This document shows, one piece after another, positions 29,047-40,224 of a stretch of 64,000 nucleotides of DNA. This DNA is from Spirochaetia bacterium. Its GTDB lineage: Bacteria > Spirochaetota > Spirochaetia > SZUA-6 > Bin103. The translations under genes and the position numbers were made by a program. The stretch is taken from contig CBDATQ010000002.1 in the NCBI GenBank assembly GCA_965199955.1, positions 1,619,946 through 1,683,945 of the forward strand, given 5' to 3'. A model generated the notes under the pieces. The model was not told where the DNA came from. It saw only the letters and a list, made by a program, of their open reading frames with translations, and did not search any database. Every line of letters starts with the position of its first letter. Position 1 is the first letter of the stretch.

Positions 29047-31526
29047 CAGTCGAGCAGCGGATTGCCGTCCAGCGGCTTCGGGTCCGGCGGCCTTGATTGT
29101 CCCGTTCCGACCGAGGGTTCGTCCAGGGGTGCCTGAAATGGCGGCGCATCGACGTCGATCGTTGCCAGGGCCCTGCGCAGGTTGTTCGCCACTACGTCGC
29201 CGCGGGCGGTCACGGCGTCGGACAGCGTGTCGCGTGTCTTCGGTTCCGTACCGGTCAGGAACAGCTCGTGGATGATGGGTTCGTCTCCCGATGGCAGCAG
29301 GCCGGAGCGCGCGTCGACCGCGACCCGGATCAGCCCCGTGGCCGGCATCTCGAAGTCCCGGACGGGAGAGCCTGTGTGGACTCGCTTCATGTAATCCGCC
29401 CAGGTCGTGCCCGCGGCGCGTCCGCCCGAGAGGCTCCGTCCCAGCGACTCTCCCGGTTCATCGAAACCCATCCACACCGCCGTCACGACGTCCGGGGTGA
29501 ACCCCACGGTCCACGCGTCCGACCAGTTCTGCGTGGTGCCGGTCTTGCCCGCGATGGGGAAGTCGAGGCCGCCGACCCGGCCCGCCGACGCCGTCAGCGT
29601 TCCCGACCGGACGGTGCTGGTCAGCAGGTCGACCATCAGGTACGCAGCGGCCGGATCCATGATTTTCAGCCGTTCCCCCGCCGCTCTCTGACGATCACGC
29701 AGCTCCTTCTCGACCCCCAGCACGTCGTTTCCGTCCCGGTCCGTGACGAAGCGGATCGCGATCGGCTCCACTTCGCGGCCCTGGTTGGCGAAGGTGGCAT
29801 AGGCTCGCGCCATCTGCAGCGGCGTCACCGTAACCACGCCCAGCCCGAGCGGGTACGTGCGCGCGAACGCTTGCTCGATTTCGAGCGGATCGGCGATCCC
29901 GAGCAGCCGGCTGGCCCGGTCGATGGCGGCATCGAAGCCGATCAAGCTCAACACGCGGAGGGATGGAATGTTCATGGAGTGCTTCAACGCGGTTCGCGTC
30001 AGCACCCGCCCCTGCCATTCGCCCAGGTAGTTTCGCGGGACGTAAGGGGTACCGTCGGGATTGTAGAACACGACCGGCGCGTCCATCAGCATGGTCGCCG
30101 GCGTCACCGCTCCGGAACTGATGGCGGCGGAGTAGTACAGCGGCTTGAATGCGGAACCCGGCTGCACCTTCGACTGGACGGCGCGGTTGAACTGATTGCC
30201 ACGCGCGAGGTCACGTCCGCCGACCATGGACAGGATGTACCCGCTGGACGGCTCGATCGACACCAGGGCGCCCTGCACATCGACGCGTCGCTGCCGCACC
30301 GTCTGTTCCTCGCGGATCCGCCGGGTGAGCGCCTTGAGTTGTCCGGTGTCCCAGGTCAACGAGAGCAGGTCGAGGGCCGGGCTCAGTTCATCGCCGAACC
30401 GCCCGCGTCCGGCCATGAGGTCCGCCTGGTTTCCGACGCGCAGGCGGCGGACATCGAAGGCGAGCGACAACAGGTCCACCACGGGCAGGAACTCGTCCTT
30501 GGCCACGGCGACCCGTGTGCTGCGCTGGGTAGCGCGCAGGTCGTTCACCCGATTCAGGTGCTGCTCCATCACCTCGTTGGCGATCGCCTGATGATCCAGA
30601 TCGAGCGTGGTGTGGACGATCAGGCCGTCCCGGTACAGGTCCACCTTCCCGAGCAGCAGTTCCTCCAGGCGCAGGCGAACGTACTCGCTGAAGTGCCGGG
30701 CGCGGTCGACGCGTTCGTAAAACGCGCTGCTCACGTTCGAGCGCGTGAAGTCGAAGGCGTCCCAATACCGGACGAGCGATCGGTCGGCCTCCTCCTGGGT
30801 GACGTGCCCCAGCTCCACCATCTGCTGCAGATTGTTCGTCTGCAACTCGCGAGCGCGATTCGGATAGGTGAACGGTGAGTTGCCGCCCGGCCGGTTGAGC
30901 TGGACCACCAGCATGGACGCCTCCGCAACCGTGATGTCGCGCGCCGAGTGCCCGGTATAGAACTGTGCCGCCGCTTCGATCCCGTAGGTACCCTCTCCAA
31001 AGTACACCAGGTTCAGGTATCGCTCGAGGATCTCGTCCTTGGTCAGCCAGCGTTCAAGCTGGATCGCGTACCACAGTTCGACGAGCTTGCGGCGCAGCGT
31101 GATCTCGGAGCGATCGGCAAACAGGCTGCCGGCAAGCTGCTGGGTGATGGTGCTGGCGCCTCCTCCGAAACCGCCGCGCACGGTGGTCCAGGTCGCGCGC
31201 AGTATGTCCGGTACCCGGAATCCTCGGTGCCGGTAGAAGTGCCGGTCTTCGCGCGTGAGCAGCGCGTCGATCAGATGCCGAGGCAGTTCCTCGAAGCGGA
31301 TGATCTCGCGCTTCTCCACCGAGAAGAACTGCGTGATGAGCCGGCCGTTGCGGTCCAGTATTTGCGTGGGAAGGGCGGGACGGTCGGTCCCGTATATGTC
31401 GGATCCGCGGAAGTTCCGAGTGCCCGCGAAGGCAAGGCCCAATCCCGTGCCGACCCCGGCGGAAAGCAACAGCAGGGTCGCGATGAGGAGCGCTGCGGTG
31501 CGCGGGCGGAGGCGCGCGCGCGGCAT
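29046..31526 (-). CDS. mrcA: Class A penicillin-binding protein (PBP1A)
   Basis: Transglycosylase EDRHFY.H.G, GASTITQQL, RKLVE; transpeptidase SAFK, SMN, KTGT. Confidence 0.93.
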   Translation of the reverse strand: MPRARLRPRTAALLIATLLLLSAGVGTGLGLAFAGTRNFRGSDIYGTDRPALPTQILDRNGRLITQFFSVEKREIIRFEELPRHLIDALLTREDRHFYRHRGFRVPDILRATWTTVRGGFGGGASTITQQLAGSLFADRSEITLRRKLVELWYAIQLERWLTKDEILERYLNLVYFGEGTYGIEAAAQFYTGHSARDITVAEASMLVVQLNRPGGNSPFTYPNRARELQTNNLQQMVELGHVTQEEADRSLVRYWDAFDFTRSNVSSAFYERVDRARHFSEYVRLRLEELLLGKVDLYRDGLIVHTTLDLDHQAIANEVMEQHLNRVNDLRATQRSTRVAVAKDEFLPVVDLLSLAFDVRRLRVGNQADLMAGRGRFGDELSPALDLLSLTWDTGQLKALTRRIREEQTVRQRRVDVQGALVSIEPSSGYILSMVGGRDLARGNQFNRAVQSKVQPGSAFKPLYYSAAISSGAVTPATMLMDAPVVFYNPDGTPYVPRNYLGEWQGRVLTRTALKHSMNIPSLRVLSLIGFDAAIDRASRLLGIADPLEIEQAFARTYPLGLGVVTVTPLQMARAYATFANQGREVEPIAIRFVTDRDGNDVLGVEKELRDRQRAAGERLKIMDPAAAYLMVDLLTSTVRSGTLTASAGRVGGLDFPIAGKTGTTQNWSDAWTVGFTPDVVTAVWMGFDEPGESLGRSLSGGRAAGTTWADYMKRVHTGSPVRDFEMPATGLIRVAVDARSGLLPSGDEPIIHELFLTGTEPKTRDTLSDAVTARGDVVANNLRRALATIDVDAPPFQAPLDEPSVGTGQSRPPDPKPLDGNPLLD

Positions 31527-31532
31527 GCCACG

Positions 31533-31562
31533 ATACTACGGACCACCGCCGCGGGCCGTCAA
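31533..31562 (-). promoter_or_regulatory. Leaderless-type sigma70 promoter of mrcA
   Basis: TTGACG-N18-TAGTAT followed by only 6 nt before the ATG; no SD. Confidence 0.65.
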
Positions 31563-31641
31563 ATTCCCCGCGTCCGCGGACACGGTGTCCGGACGCACTC
31601 GGCATGACGCCGCTGCGGGGCTACGGTCGCGTGGTCGTGAG

Positions 31642-31672
31642 AAAAATGGCCGGCCCCTCATGGGGCCGGCCA
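31642..31672 (-). terminator. Rho-independent terminator
   Basis: Perfect 11-bp stem TGGCCGGCCCC/GGGGCCGGCCA, 4-nt loop, followed by TTTTT on the minus strand. Confidence 0.85.
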
Positions 31673-31787
31673 ACCCTTGCGGGAGTGCCGGTTACGGTAT
31701 AGTAAACTGGGAGGGGAACTATAGATAACCGACACTCTCCTTATCGACACCTGCGTCTCGTACCTTAGCGGCTCCGGACAAATGTCG
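31642..31787 (-). ncRNA. Candidate structured small RNA of unknown family
   Basis: Promoter-like TTGCAG...GACAAT/CAATAT upstream, two long hairpins with strand-specific G-U pairs, a C-rich loop and an intrinsic terminator. No credible ORF. Confidence 0.6.
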
Positions 31788-31861
31788 CCAAATATTGTCC
31801 AACAGCATGACTGCCTGCAACGACAGGTCAACCTGCCGCTCTCCGCGCCGGCGCCGGCCGG

Positions 31862-32221
31862 TCACCCGAGACGGTCGACAGGGGCGCGCCGGCCCGAGGT
31901 GAGCAGGAAACCGATCGCCCCAAGATCGACGACGATCACGGCAATCGCGGCGATGTATGCCCCGGTGCTGAACAGTGCCAGGACGAACAACGGCGCAGCC
32001 GCCAGCGTGGCCACCCACGCGATCAGGCGCGCCGCCGCGAAGGCGGCCGCGGCGAGCGCCGTTCGGAGGTCGGTTTCCTCTGCCCGTAAGTGGATTCGGC
32101 GCACGATCGTCGCTCCCACGCCGATCGCGAGCGCGGCGACCAGCAGGACGTTGTAAAGGGAGCGCATGCGGGTGGCAACCAGCCAGAGCGGCAGGACGAT
32201 CGCGGCGCTCACGGCCACCAC
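31862..32221 (-). CDS. Small membrane protein (frame is open upstream; may start near 32304)
   Basis: Three to four hydrophobic helices; directly follows the PHP gene. Confidence 0.6.
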   Translation of the reverse strand: MVAVSAAIVLPLWLVATRMRSLYNVLLVAALAIGVGATIVRRIHLRAEETDLRTALAAAAFAAARLIAWVATLAAAPLFVLALFSTGAYIAAIAVIVVDLGAIGFLLTSGRRAPVDRLG

Positions 32222-32301
32222 CGCTCCGGTCAGCAGCAGTCCGACGCCGATCCGGCGGGCAGCCGCCGCGTAGGCGGCTGCTGCCGCCCGCGCCGCACGC
32301 C

Positions 32302-33186
32302 TCAGCGCCGCCGTGGCCTCACCTCCGTCCGAGGCTGCCCGTCCGTCCTTGGCAACGCGCCGGCGATCTCCTGCGGGATGGGCTCACCTGCGTGCCAGAA
32401 CCCGAGCGCCCGGCCGGGCGAATGCGCGCCGTGATAGTCGGATCCGCCGGTGACGAACAGGCCGCGGCGTCCGGCCAGCGTCCGTACCAACGACGATCGC
32501 TGCGGCGACAGGGACGGGTGATAGGCCTCGACGCCGGTCACGCCGGCCGCGGATACCGCGTCCAGCAGGGCCTCGAGCTCCGCGGCCGATCCTCCCTCCG
32601 GATGGGCCAGCACACCGTGGCCGCCGGAGCCTCGCAGCGCCTCGATCGCCTCGCCGAGTTGCACGGCGCGGCGCGGTACGTGGAACGGGCGTCCGGAGCC
32701 GAGCAGCCGGCGAAACGCGTCGGCGGTGCTGGTGGCGACGCGCCGCTTGACCAGCAGCGCGGCCATGTGCGGCCGGCCGACGCTGGCGCCTCCCGCCTCT
32801 GCCTGCACGTCCGTGTAGTCGATCGCGAGCCCGTGCCGGCGCATCCGCTCGACCATCGCCAGGTTGCGCTCCACGCGGCGTTGCAGGACTCGGTCCAGCA
32901 GTTCCGAGAGGTGAGAGCGGCCGGCGTCGGGATCGAAACCGAGGCCGAGCAGGTGGACCTGGCGTGTGCCGTGCCGGAGCGCCAGCTCGACTCCCGCGAT
33001 GAAGCGGATGCCGCGCCGGGTGGCGGCGCGCGCGGCATCGGCGACGCCGCTGACGGTGTCGTGGTCGGTCAGCGCCAATGTGGTGACGCCGGCGCGGTGG
33101 GCGGCCTCGACCAGTTCCTCGGGCCGGTCGCTGCCGTCGGAGCAGCTCGAGTGCGTGTGCAAGTCGACCGACGCCGTCACCGCCAT
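32302..33186 (-). CDS. PHP-domain phosphoesterase (TrpH/YciV-like)
   Basis: DLHTHS..SDG, LTDHD, GVE, VHLLG, GRPH, LAHP, TGGSDYHG. Confidence 0.92.
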   Translation of the reverse strand: MAVTASVDLHTHSSCSDGSDRPEELVEAAHRAGVTTLALTDHDTVSGVADAARAATRRGIRFIAGVELALRHGTRQVHLLGLGFDPDAGRSHLSELLDRVLQRRVERNLAMVERMRRHGLAIDYTDVQAEAGGASVGRPHMAALLVKRRVATSTADAFRRLLGSGRPFHVPRRAVQLGEAIEALRGSGGHGVLAHPEGGSAAELEALLDAVSAAGVTGVEAYHPSLSPQRSSLVRTLAGRRGLFVTGGSDYHGAHSPGRALGFWHAGEPIPQEIAGALPRTDGQPRTEVRPRRR

Positions 33187-33190
33187 GCGC

Positions 33191-34168
33191 TCAATAACCC
33201 CGCTCCAGGTCGCAACGGAAGCGGAGCTCCTCGCCGGCCTGGTAGCGGCGCAGGTTGTCGATGAAAATCTCGCCTCGCCGTGCCAGGAGCTGCGCCGACT
33301 CCGCGGATACGTGCGGGGTCACGTATATCCGCGGATGGTCCCAAAGCGGGCTGTCCGCCGCCGGTGGCTCCGCGCTGGTGGCGTCGATGGCGGCCCCTGC
33401 CAGGTGGCCGCGGTCGATCGCGGCCACCAGCGCGTCCTCGTCCACGATGCCGCCGCGCGAGACCACCACGACGTGCGCGCCCGGACGCAGGCGCCCGAGC
33501 TGCTCGGCGCTGATCATGTGCTCGGTGTCGGTCGTGCGCGGCGCGGTGATCACCAGCCAGTCGGTCCGCGCAAGCATGTCGTGCAGCCGATCGATCGGCC
33601 ACACGGCGGTGACGCCGTTCGGGCAGGGGACCGGCGCAAGGTCGACGGCGTACACCTGCATGCCGAATGCCAGGGCGCGATGCGCGACCGCGCGGCCGAT
33701 GTCGCCGAAGGCCAGGACTCCCAGGGTCGATCCGGACAGCTCCAGGATGCGACCGCGGTACTCCGCGGTCCGCCACCGCCGGGCGGCCTGGTCCTCGAAC
33801 GACTCGCGGAGGTGGTGGGCGAGCGCCAGCATCATCCCCAGCGTGTACTCGGCCATCGGGATCACGTGCGTTTCGCGGGCGTTGGTCATCGCCACGCCGC
33901 TGGACGCGAACTCGGGCACCTTGCGCAGCACCGAGTCGAAACCGATGCCGATGAAGTGAAACCAGCGCAGGTTCGAGGCGCGCCGAAAGGCCTCGCGGTC
34001 GAGCTGCCCGAAGATGACGTCCAGCTCGGGCGCGATCCGGCGTTGGTCTTCGGGTGTGTGTGCGATGCTGAAGCGGGTGTCGGGGAACTCCGCTCGAAGC
34101 CGGGCCTCGAAGTCGCGGCCGAGGTCGTAGCAGACGCCGACGTGGAGCGGGCGTGCGGGTGCGTTCAT
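33191..34168 (-). CDS. D-2-hydroxyacid dehydrogenase family protein
   Basis: [29 protein letters not shown] at 34168 lies 7 nt after TATCAT. Confidence 0.9.
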   Translation of the reverse strand: MNAPARPLHVGVCYDLGRDFEARLRAEFPDTRFSIAHTPEDQRRIAPELDVIFGQLDREAFRRASNLRWFHFIGIGFDSVLRKVPEFASSGVAMTNARETHVIPMAEYTLGMMLALAHHLRESFEDQAARRWRTAEYRGRILELSGSTLGVLAFGDIGRAVAHRALAFGMQVYAVDLAPVPCPNGVTAVWPIDRLHDMLARTDWLVITAPRTTDTEHMISAEQLGRLRPGAHVVVVSRGGIVDEDALVAAIDRGHLAGAAIDATSAEPPAADSPLWDHPRIYVTPHVSAESAQLLARRGEIFIDNLRRYQAGEELRFRCDLERGY

Positions 34169-34263
34169 CGGCGTCATGATAGCCGACGCCCGGCCGCATG
34201 CGCTCGGGGCAAGCCACGGGCGGAGCGGGACGCGGCGGACCGGGGACGCTATGATCGGTCGGC

Positions 34264-35034
34264 ATGGAGTCGCGGCGCCTCGTGGACAAGGCGGCCCTGG
34301 TCACGGGCGCCGGTTCCGGCATCGGCGCGGGCATCGCCGGCCTGTTCGCCCGGCACGGAGCCCGGGTCGCGGTCGCTGATCGGGACGCGGACGCCGCGCA
34401 GCGCACCGTTCGCGCGATCGTCGCCGCCGGCGGACGCGCCGTGGCGATCACCGCGGACATCTCCACCGGCCGCGGGGCCGAAGGGTGCGTGGAAGAGGCG
34501 GTCGCCGCCCTCGGCGGACTGCAGATCGTGGTCAACTCCGCGGGCGTCACGCCGCGCTACGCTCCGGAAGACTGGGATTACGAGCAGGTCTGGGACTGGG
34601 TGATGGCGGTCAACCTCAAGGGTACGTACCTGGTTTCGCGCCGCGCGGTTCAGGCGATGAGCGCCGGTGGCGCGATCGTCAACCTGTCCTCGATCTACGG
34701 CCTGGTGGGCCGGCCGATGTTCTTCGGCACCGGCGACGATCCGTATCCGCCCGGCAAGCACGGCGTCATCGGCCTGACCAGGGACATGGCCAACAACTTC
34801 GGCGCGCGCGGCATCCGCGTGAACGCGCTGTGCCCGGCGTTCGTGTACAGCCCGTTGACGCGCACGCTCACCGAGGATCCGGCCTGGCGTTCGCAGATGG
34901 AGGCGATGCAGCCGCTCCGCCGCCTGGGCACGGTCGAGGAGGTGGCGTACGCGGCGCTGTTTCTTGCGTCCGACGAGTCATCGTTCATCACCGGCGTCGC
35001 GCTGCCGGTGGACGGTGGATACACGTCGTTGTGA
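34264..35034 (+). CDS. Short-chain dehydrogenase/reductase
   Basis: TGAGSGIG, NSAG, YPPGK, VDGG. Confidence 0.92.
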   Translation: MESRRLVDKAALVTGAGSGIGAGIAGLFARHGARVAVADRDADAAQRTVRAIVAAGGRAVAITADISTGRGAEGCVEEAVAALGGLQIVVNSAGVTPRYAPEDWDYEQVWDWVMAVNLKGTYLVSRRAVQAMSAGGAIVNLSSIYGLVGRPMFFGTGDDPYPPGKHGVIGLTRDMANNFGARGIRVNALCPAFVYSPLTRTLTEDPAWRSQMEAMQPLRRLGTVEEVAYAALFLASDESSFITGVALPVDGGYTSL

Positions 35035-35059
35035 GCGTCCGGCGCATGAGCGGACGGGG

Positions 35060-36055
35060 GTGAGCGCCGGCACCTTCGATCTGCTCACCCCGCACGTGGC
35101 GGTGCAGGCGATCGAGTCGGTCATCGGCGTCCACGTGGACGGTTCGCTGGCCAGTTTCCCCAGCTACGTGAACCGGGTCTACGGCTTCGCGGCCGCCGAC
35201 GGCCGGCAGTACGTCGCAAAGTTTTACCGCCCCGGTCGCTGGACGTATGAGGCCATCGAGGAGGAGCACCGGCTGGTCGGCGAGTGCGCGGCCCTCGACC
35301 TGCCGGTCGTGGCGCCGATCGCCGACGACGACGGAGACCGGCTGCACCTGGTGGGAGCCGCCGGCCCGGACCGGGAGCAGGAGTTTTCCTTCTCCGTCTA
35401 TCCGAAACGGAACGGACGCACCTTCGACGCGGACCGGGACGAGGACTGGCTGCGCATCGGCTCGCTGGTGGGCCGTTTGCACGTCGCCGCCGCGCACGGA
35501 GGTGCCGAGCACCGGATCACCTGCACCCCGCGGTCGTCGACCTCGCGGTTCCTGGATGAGCTGGACGAGGCGGAGTTGGTGCCGCCCGACCTGGACGCCG
35601 AGTTCTACGACCTGGCGGACGCGGCCGTCGAGCGGATCGCTCCGCTGTTCGACGGCGTGGCGCTGCAGCGCCTGCACGGCGACTGCCACCGCGGCAACAT
35701 CCTGGATCGGGCGGAGGAGGGGCTCTTGATCATCGACTTCGACGACATGATGGTCGGTCCCGCCGTGCAGGACCTGTGGCTGCTCTTGCCGGGCCGCATC
35801 GCCGACAGCCGTCGCGAGCTGGGGCTGCTGCTGGAGGGTTACGAAGAGTTCCAGCCGTTCGACCGGGCTACCGTGGCGCTGATCGAGCCGCTACGGCTCA
35901 TGCGCATGGTCTACTACCTGGCGTGGCAGGCGCTGCAGCGCCACGATCTTCGCTTCCGCGAGTCATTCCCCCAATGGGGCGGCCGGGCTTTCTGGGAGCA
36001 GGAGATCGAAGACCTGCGCACGCAACTCGGTGTGATCTCCGACCAGCTCGGCTGA
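35060..36055 (+). CDS. srkA: SrkA/RdoA-type Ser/Thr kinase (APH fold)
   Basis: SYVNRVY, AKFYRPGRW, EEH, RLHGDCHRGNIL, IDFDD...GPAVQDLWLLL, LIEPLR. Confidence 0.9.
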   Translation: MSAGTFDLLTPHVAVQAIESVIGVHVDGSLASFPSYVNRVYGFAAADGRQYVAKFYRPGRWTYEAIEEEHRLVGECAALDLPVVAPIADDDGDRLHLVGAAGPDREQEFSFSVYPKRNGRTFDADRDEDWLRIGSLVGRLHVAAAHGGAEHRITCTPRSSTSRFLDELDEAELVPPDLDAEFYDLADAAVERIAPLFDGVALQRLHGDCHRGNILDRAEEGLLIIDFDDMMVGPAVQDLWLLLPGRIADSRRELGLLLEGYEEFQPFDRATVALIEPLRLMRMVYYLAWQALQRHDLRFRESFPQWGGRAFWEQEIEDLRTQLGVISDQLG

Positions 36056-36070
36056 TCCTGCAGGCCGGCG

Positions 36071-37393
<1,323 letters not shown>

Positions 37394-37439
37394 CGCCGGC
37401 AGCGTAGCACACGGCTGCCGGCCGGCTGACGCTCCTGCT

Positions 37440-37808
37440 TCGACCGGTGCGTGGCGCCATCGGTCGGCGCCTTGCGCGTGGCGTTGAGGATCCTGGCCTC
37501 CACGCTCGGGGTGCAGCGAAACGGCTTCTGACCGCGGTGCCGGCTGTACAGTCCTGCCAATCGCTCGGCCCGAAAGCGGCCAGCCCACATCGCCACGAAG
37601 CCGCGGCTGCACTCGGCTCGTTCGCACACTACGTCCCACGTGAGTCGCTCAGCGAGCAGCAGAATGACGCGCGCACGGCGCGCATCCTCGGCTCGACCAG
37701 TGCGACTCCTGGCCCGCTTGGTGAGTTCGCGATGCTCGGCTTCGGTCAATACGATTCCCTCTCCCATACCTCCAATCACAGTACGAAAGCAGATGGTACG
37801 GTCCACTA
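37440..37808 (-). mobile_element. Truncated IS630-family element (left end plus HTH part of the transposase, ATG at 37767)
   Basis: IVLTEAEHRELTKRARSRT..A..ARRARVILLLAE...W..RF...LAGL...RG....EARIL..TRKAPTDGATHRS is an IS630 N-terminus. The element starts at CTAGTG (TA target). The DDE domain is missing. Confidence 0.8.
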
Positions 37809-39624
37809 GGTGCGCGGCGTGAGCCGCAGCGTGCTCACCGCCTGGCGTGCGGCCGTGGATCGATCGAGGGGGAGGAAGTGATAGCGTCCCGCGAGCCACT
37901 CGGCAAGCTGATCGCAGTGGTGCGGGCTGCCGGGGTGTCCCGACTGCCCCTGCGCGTCGATCACCCAGAGGCCGGGCGCTTCGGCGCCGAAGTCGGCGAT
38001 CATGCGGTAGTTGGCGCCGATCGCCGCCCCCCCAGTTGGGATCGAAGCCGGTGTTGCAGACCGTGGTCCCGTTGCCGCGCACCGGCAGGCCGCCGCGGTC
38101 GAGCAGCGCGCCCAGGTCGCCGCGCGCAGCGAGAGGACGTCCAGGTGCATCCGTGCGCAGTCGTCACGCGAGTGCCGCTTGGATGCTTCGAGCATCTGGC
38201 GGATGCGGCGGGCGCGATAGCCGCTCGCCCAGCGGCCGGAGAGGGACCATGGGAAGTCCTCCGGGGCGGTGCGGTTGTTTGCCGAGGCGATCCAGCCGCG
38301 CTCCGGGTCGCCGAGTTGCGGCATGTCCTCCGAGGGGATGACCCCGTGCCACTGGTGGGCCGGATCCCAGCCGGGGCGATAGCCCCGCTCCTCGACCGCG
38401 CGGACCGGGATCTCGCCCGCGACCTGGTAGCCGATGTGGCCATCCGCATCGGCCAGCACCAGGCTCCACGTCGGCACCCGCCATCCCCGGACGGCGCGGC
38501 GCAGCCCCGCCACGCTCGTGGCGCGATCCATCGCCAGCAGCGACGTGAGCCAGCCGCAGCGGTCCGCGCCCAGCCAGCGCAGGGAAACCGGACCGGCCGC
38601 GCGCATAGACTCCGGGAGCAGCTCGTCCACGATCGGGCCGTTGCGGGAGTGGCGGATGGCCCTGGTGATCGGTTCGCTGCCGCGCACCGCGATCGTCTCC
38701 GAGCGCTCCCGCGCCGGCTCCCACCGTCCGTCGTCGTACCAGCACGACACCGCGGCGAAGGCGATGTGCGGATCACTCGCAACGATCGGCTTGCCCGTAG
38801 TGGATCGCGATCCGGCGATCACCCAGTTGTTGCTGCCCACACCTTCCGGAGGCGTCGGCAACCGTCGTGCCGACCGGCCGCGTTCCGGCGGGTCCGGCGG
38901 ATCCGGTGGGCCAGGCGGGGTAGAAGCCGGGCGGCAGGATGCTCTCATCGTCCGCCTCGCCCTGCAGGAACGCGCGGTAGAGCGCGCTGTCGCCCAGAAC
39001 GCGCCTGCCCAGCTCGGGGATGAAGATCACCGGCAGGCGGACCGTCAGGTAGGCGCGAAACTCGCCGGCGATCGCCAGGCAGTCCACCGGCGACCACGGC
39101 TCCGGCGTGTAGTCCAACAGATCGAACTCGATCGGCAGCCGCTCACCGGCCGCCGCGATCGACTCGTTGATGCCCACGGAGAACGCGGTCAGCACGCGCC
39201 GCGTCTCCTCCGGGGTTCGCGCCCACTCGGCTTCCGCGATGCGTCCGATACCGATGGTGCGGGCGGCGACGTCCAGCTCCAGCCCGTCCGGGCCGAGCAG
39301 CTCGGACAGGCGCCCGTTCGCCTTGCGCCGCAGATAGTCGAGCTGAAACAGGCGGTCCTGCGCCATGGCGTAGCCGAAACCAAAGAACAGATCCTCATCG
39401 GTCTCGGCCGAGATGCGAGGGATGCCCCAGCGATCGCGGTCGATCCTGACGTACCTGCCCTCCGTGGCCTCCCGGGTCCCGCTCTGCTCGGGGACGCGGC
39501 GGCGCGTCTCCGCCTGCCACCAGGACCGGAACTCTTCCTGCGAGAGGCCGCCAGCCGCGCACACCGTCCCGATCGGCTCGCCGGCGCCGAGGCGTGCCAG
39601 CACTTCCCGCGCGTCGAGATTCAC
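37806..39624 (-). pseudogene. Penicillin acylase family (Ntn-hydrolase) pseudogene
   Basis: Alpha-subunit motifs RDRWGIPRI and GYAMAQDRLFQ; catalytic GSNNWV...DPH is in a different frame (shift near 38900). Internal deletions near 38738 and 38125, a G7 run frameshift near 38030, then GQSGHPGSPHHCDQ. Confidence 0.85.
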
Positions 39625-39819
39625 CGCAGAAGCTCCTCATCCAGGCTCGTCACGATGCCACAGTGTGCCGTGGCGATCGAGGCGTCGCCATCGCCGTCAG
39701 CGGGCGGGTAGGATGTGGCGCGTCGATGGCACGGCAAGGACCGGACTGGCGGCAACACGGCGTCACCGCGAGTAATATTGCGGCACGCGGCATCGCGATT
39801 TCGCATGCGCCAGAATGTT

Positions 39820-39925
39820 GCTGATGATGTGTTCGATATAACTCTATAGTATAGTAAATATTATATAGTGACGCCCGGGAGGGACCGGTTTGTGTGCCAT
39901 TGTGATCACATGTTGCCGTGTGTGC
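39820..39925. promoter_or_regulatory. AT-rich regulatory island
   Basis: GATATAACTCTATAGTATAGTAAATATTATATAGT (three TATAGT) and the palindrome TGTGATCACA in a ~70% GC context. Confidence 0.45.
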
Positions 39926-40224
39926 TCATGTCGGCCTTCCGGGAGGTTGAATTTTCGAAACAGGTCGCAGCGTGCCTTGACGTGTTATGCCATCTTGAAT
40001 AGGTCCCGCACACCTACACCCTGAAGGGGACGACGGTCATCGACGTCGATCCACCGGGGAGGGACGGAGCGCTCTATCGCAGGGAGCGCTATCGCCAGGA
40101 CGAGACGCGCTGGAAGAAGGTCACCCGTTTCGTTCCGGAACGGGAATTCAGGTGGTGAAGAGCGTGACTGACCGATGGGACCGCGCGGATTGCTCGGGGT
40201 CGGCGCTCCCACTACGATGCGGGC

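Noticed and set aside
31658..31750. 30-codon minus-strand ORF (VSIRRVSVIYSSPP...) inside the candidate sRNA, considered as a type I toxin or leader peptide
   Set aside because: No SD at a usable spacing, not hydrophobic, atypical codon usage, and it runs into the terminator.
39830..39925. AT-rich patch considered as a replication origin
   Set aside because: No DnaA boxes (TTATCCACA-like) and no dnaA or rep gene nearby.
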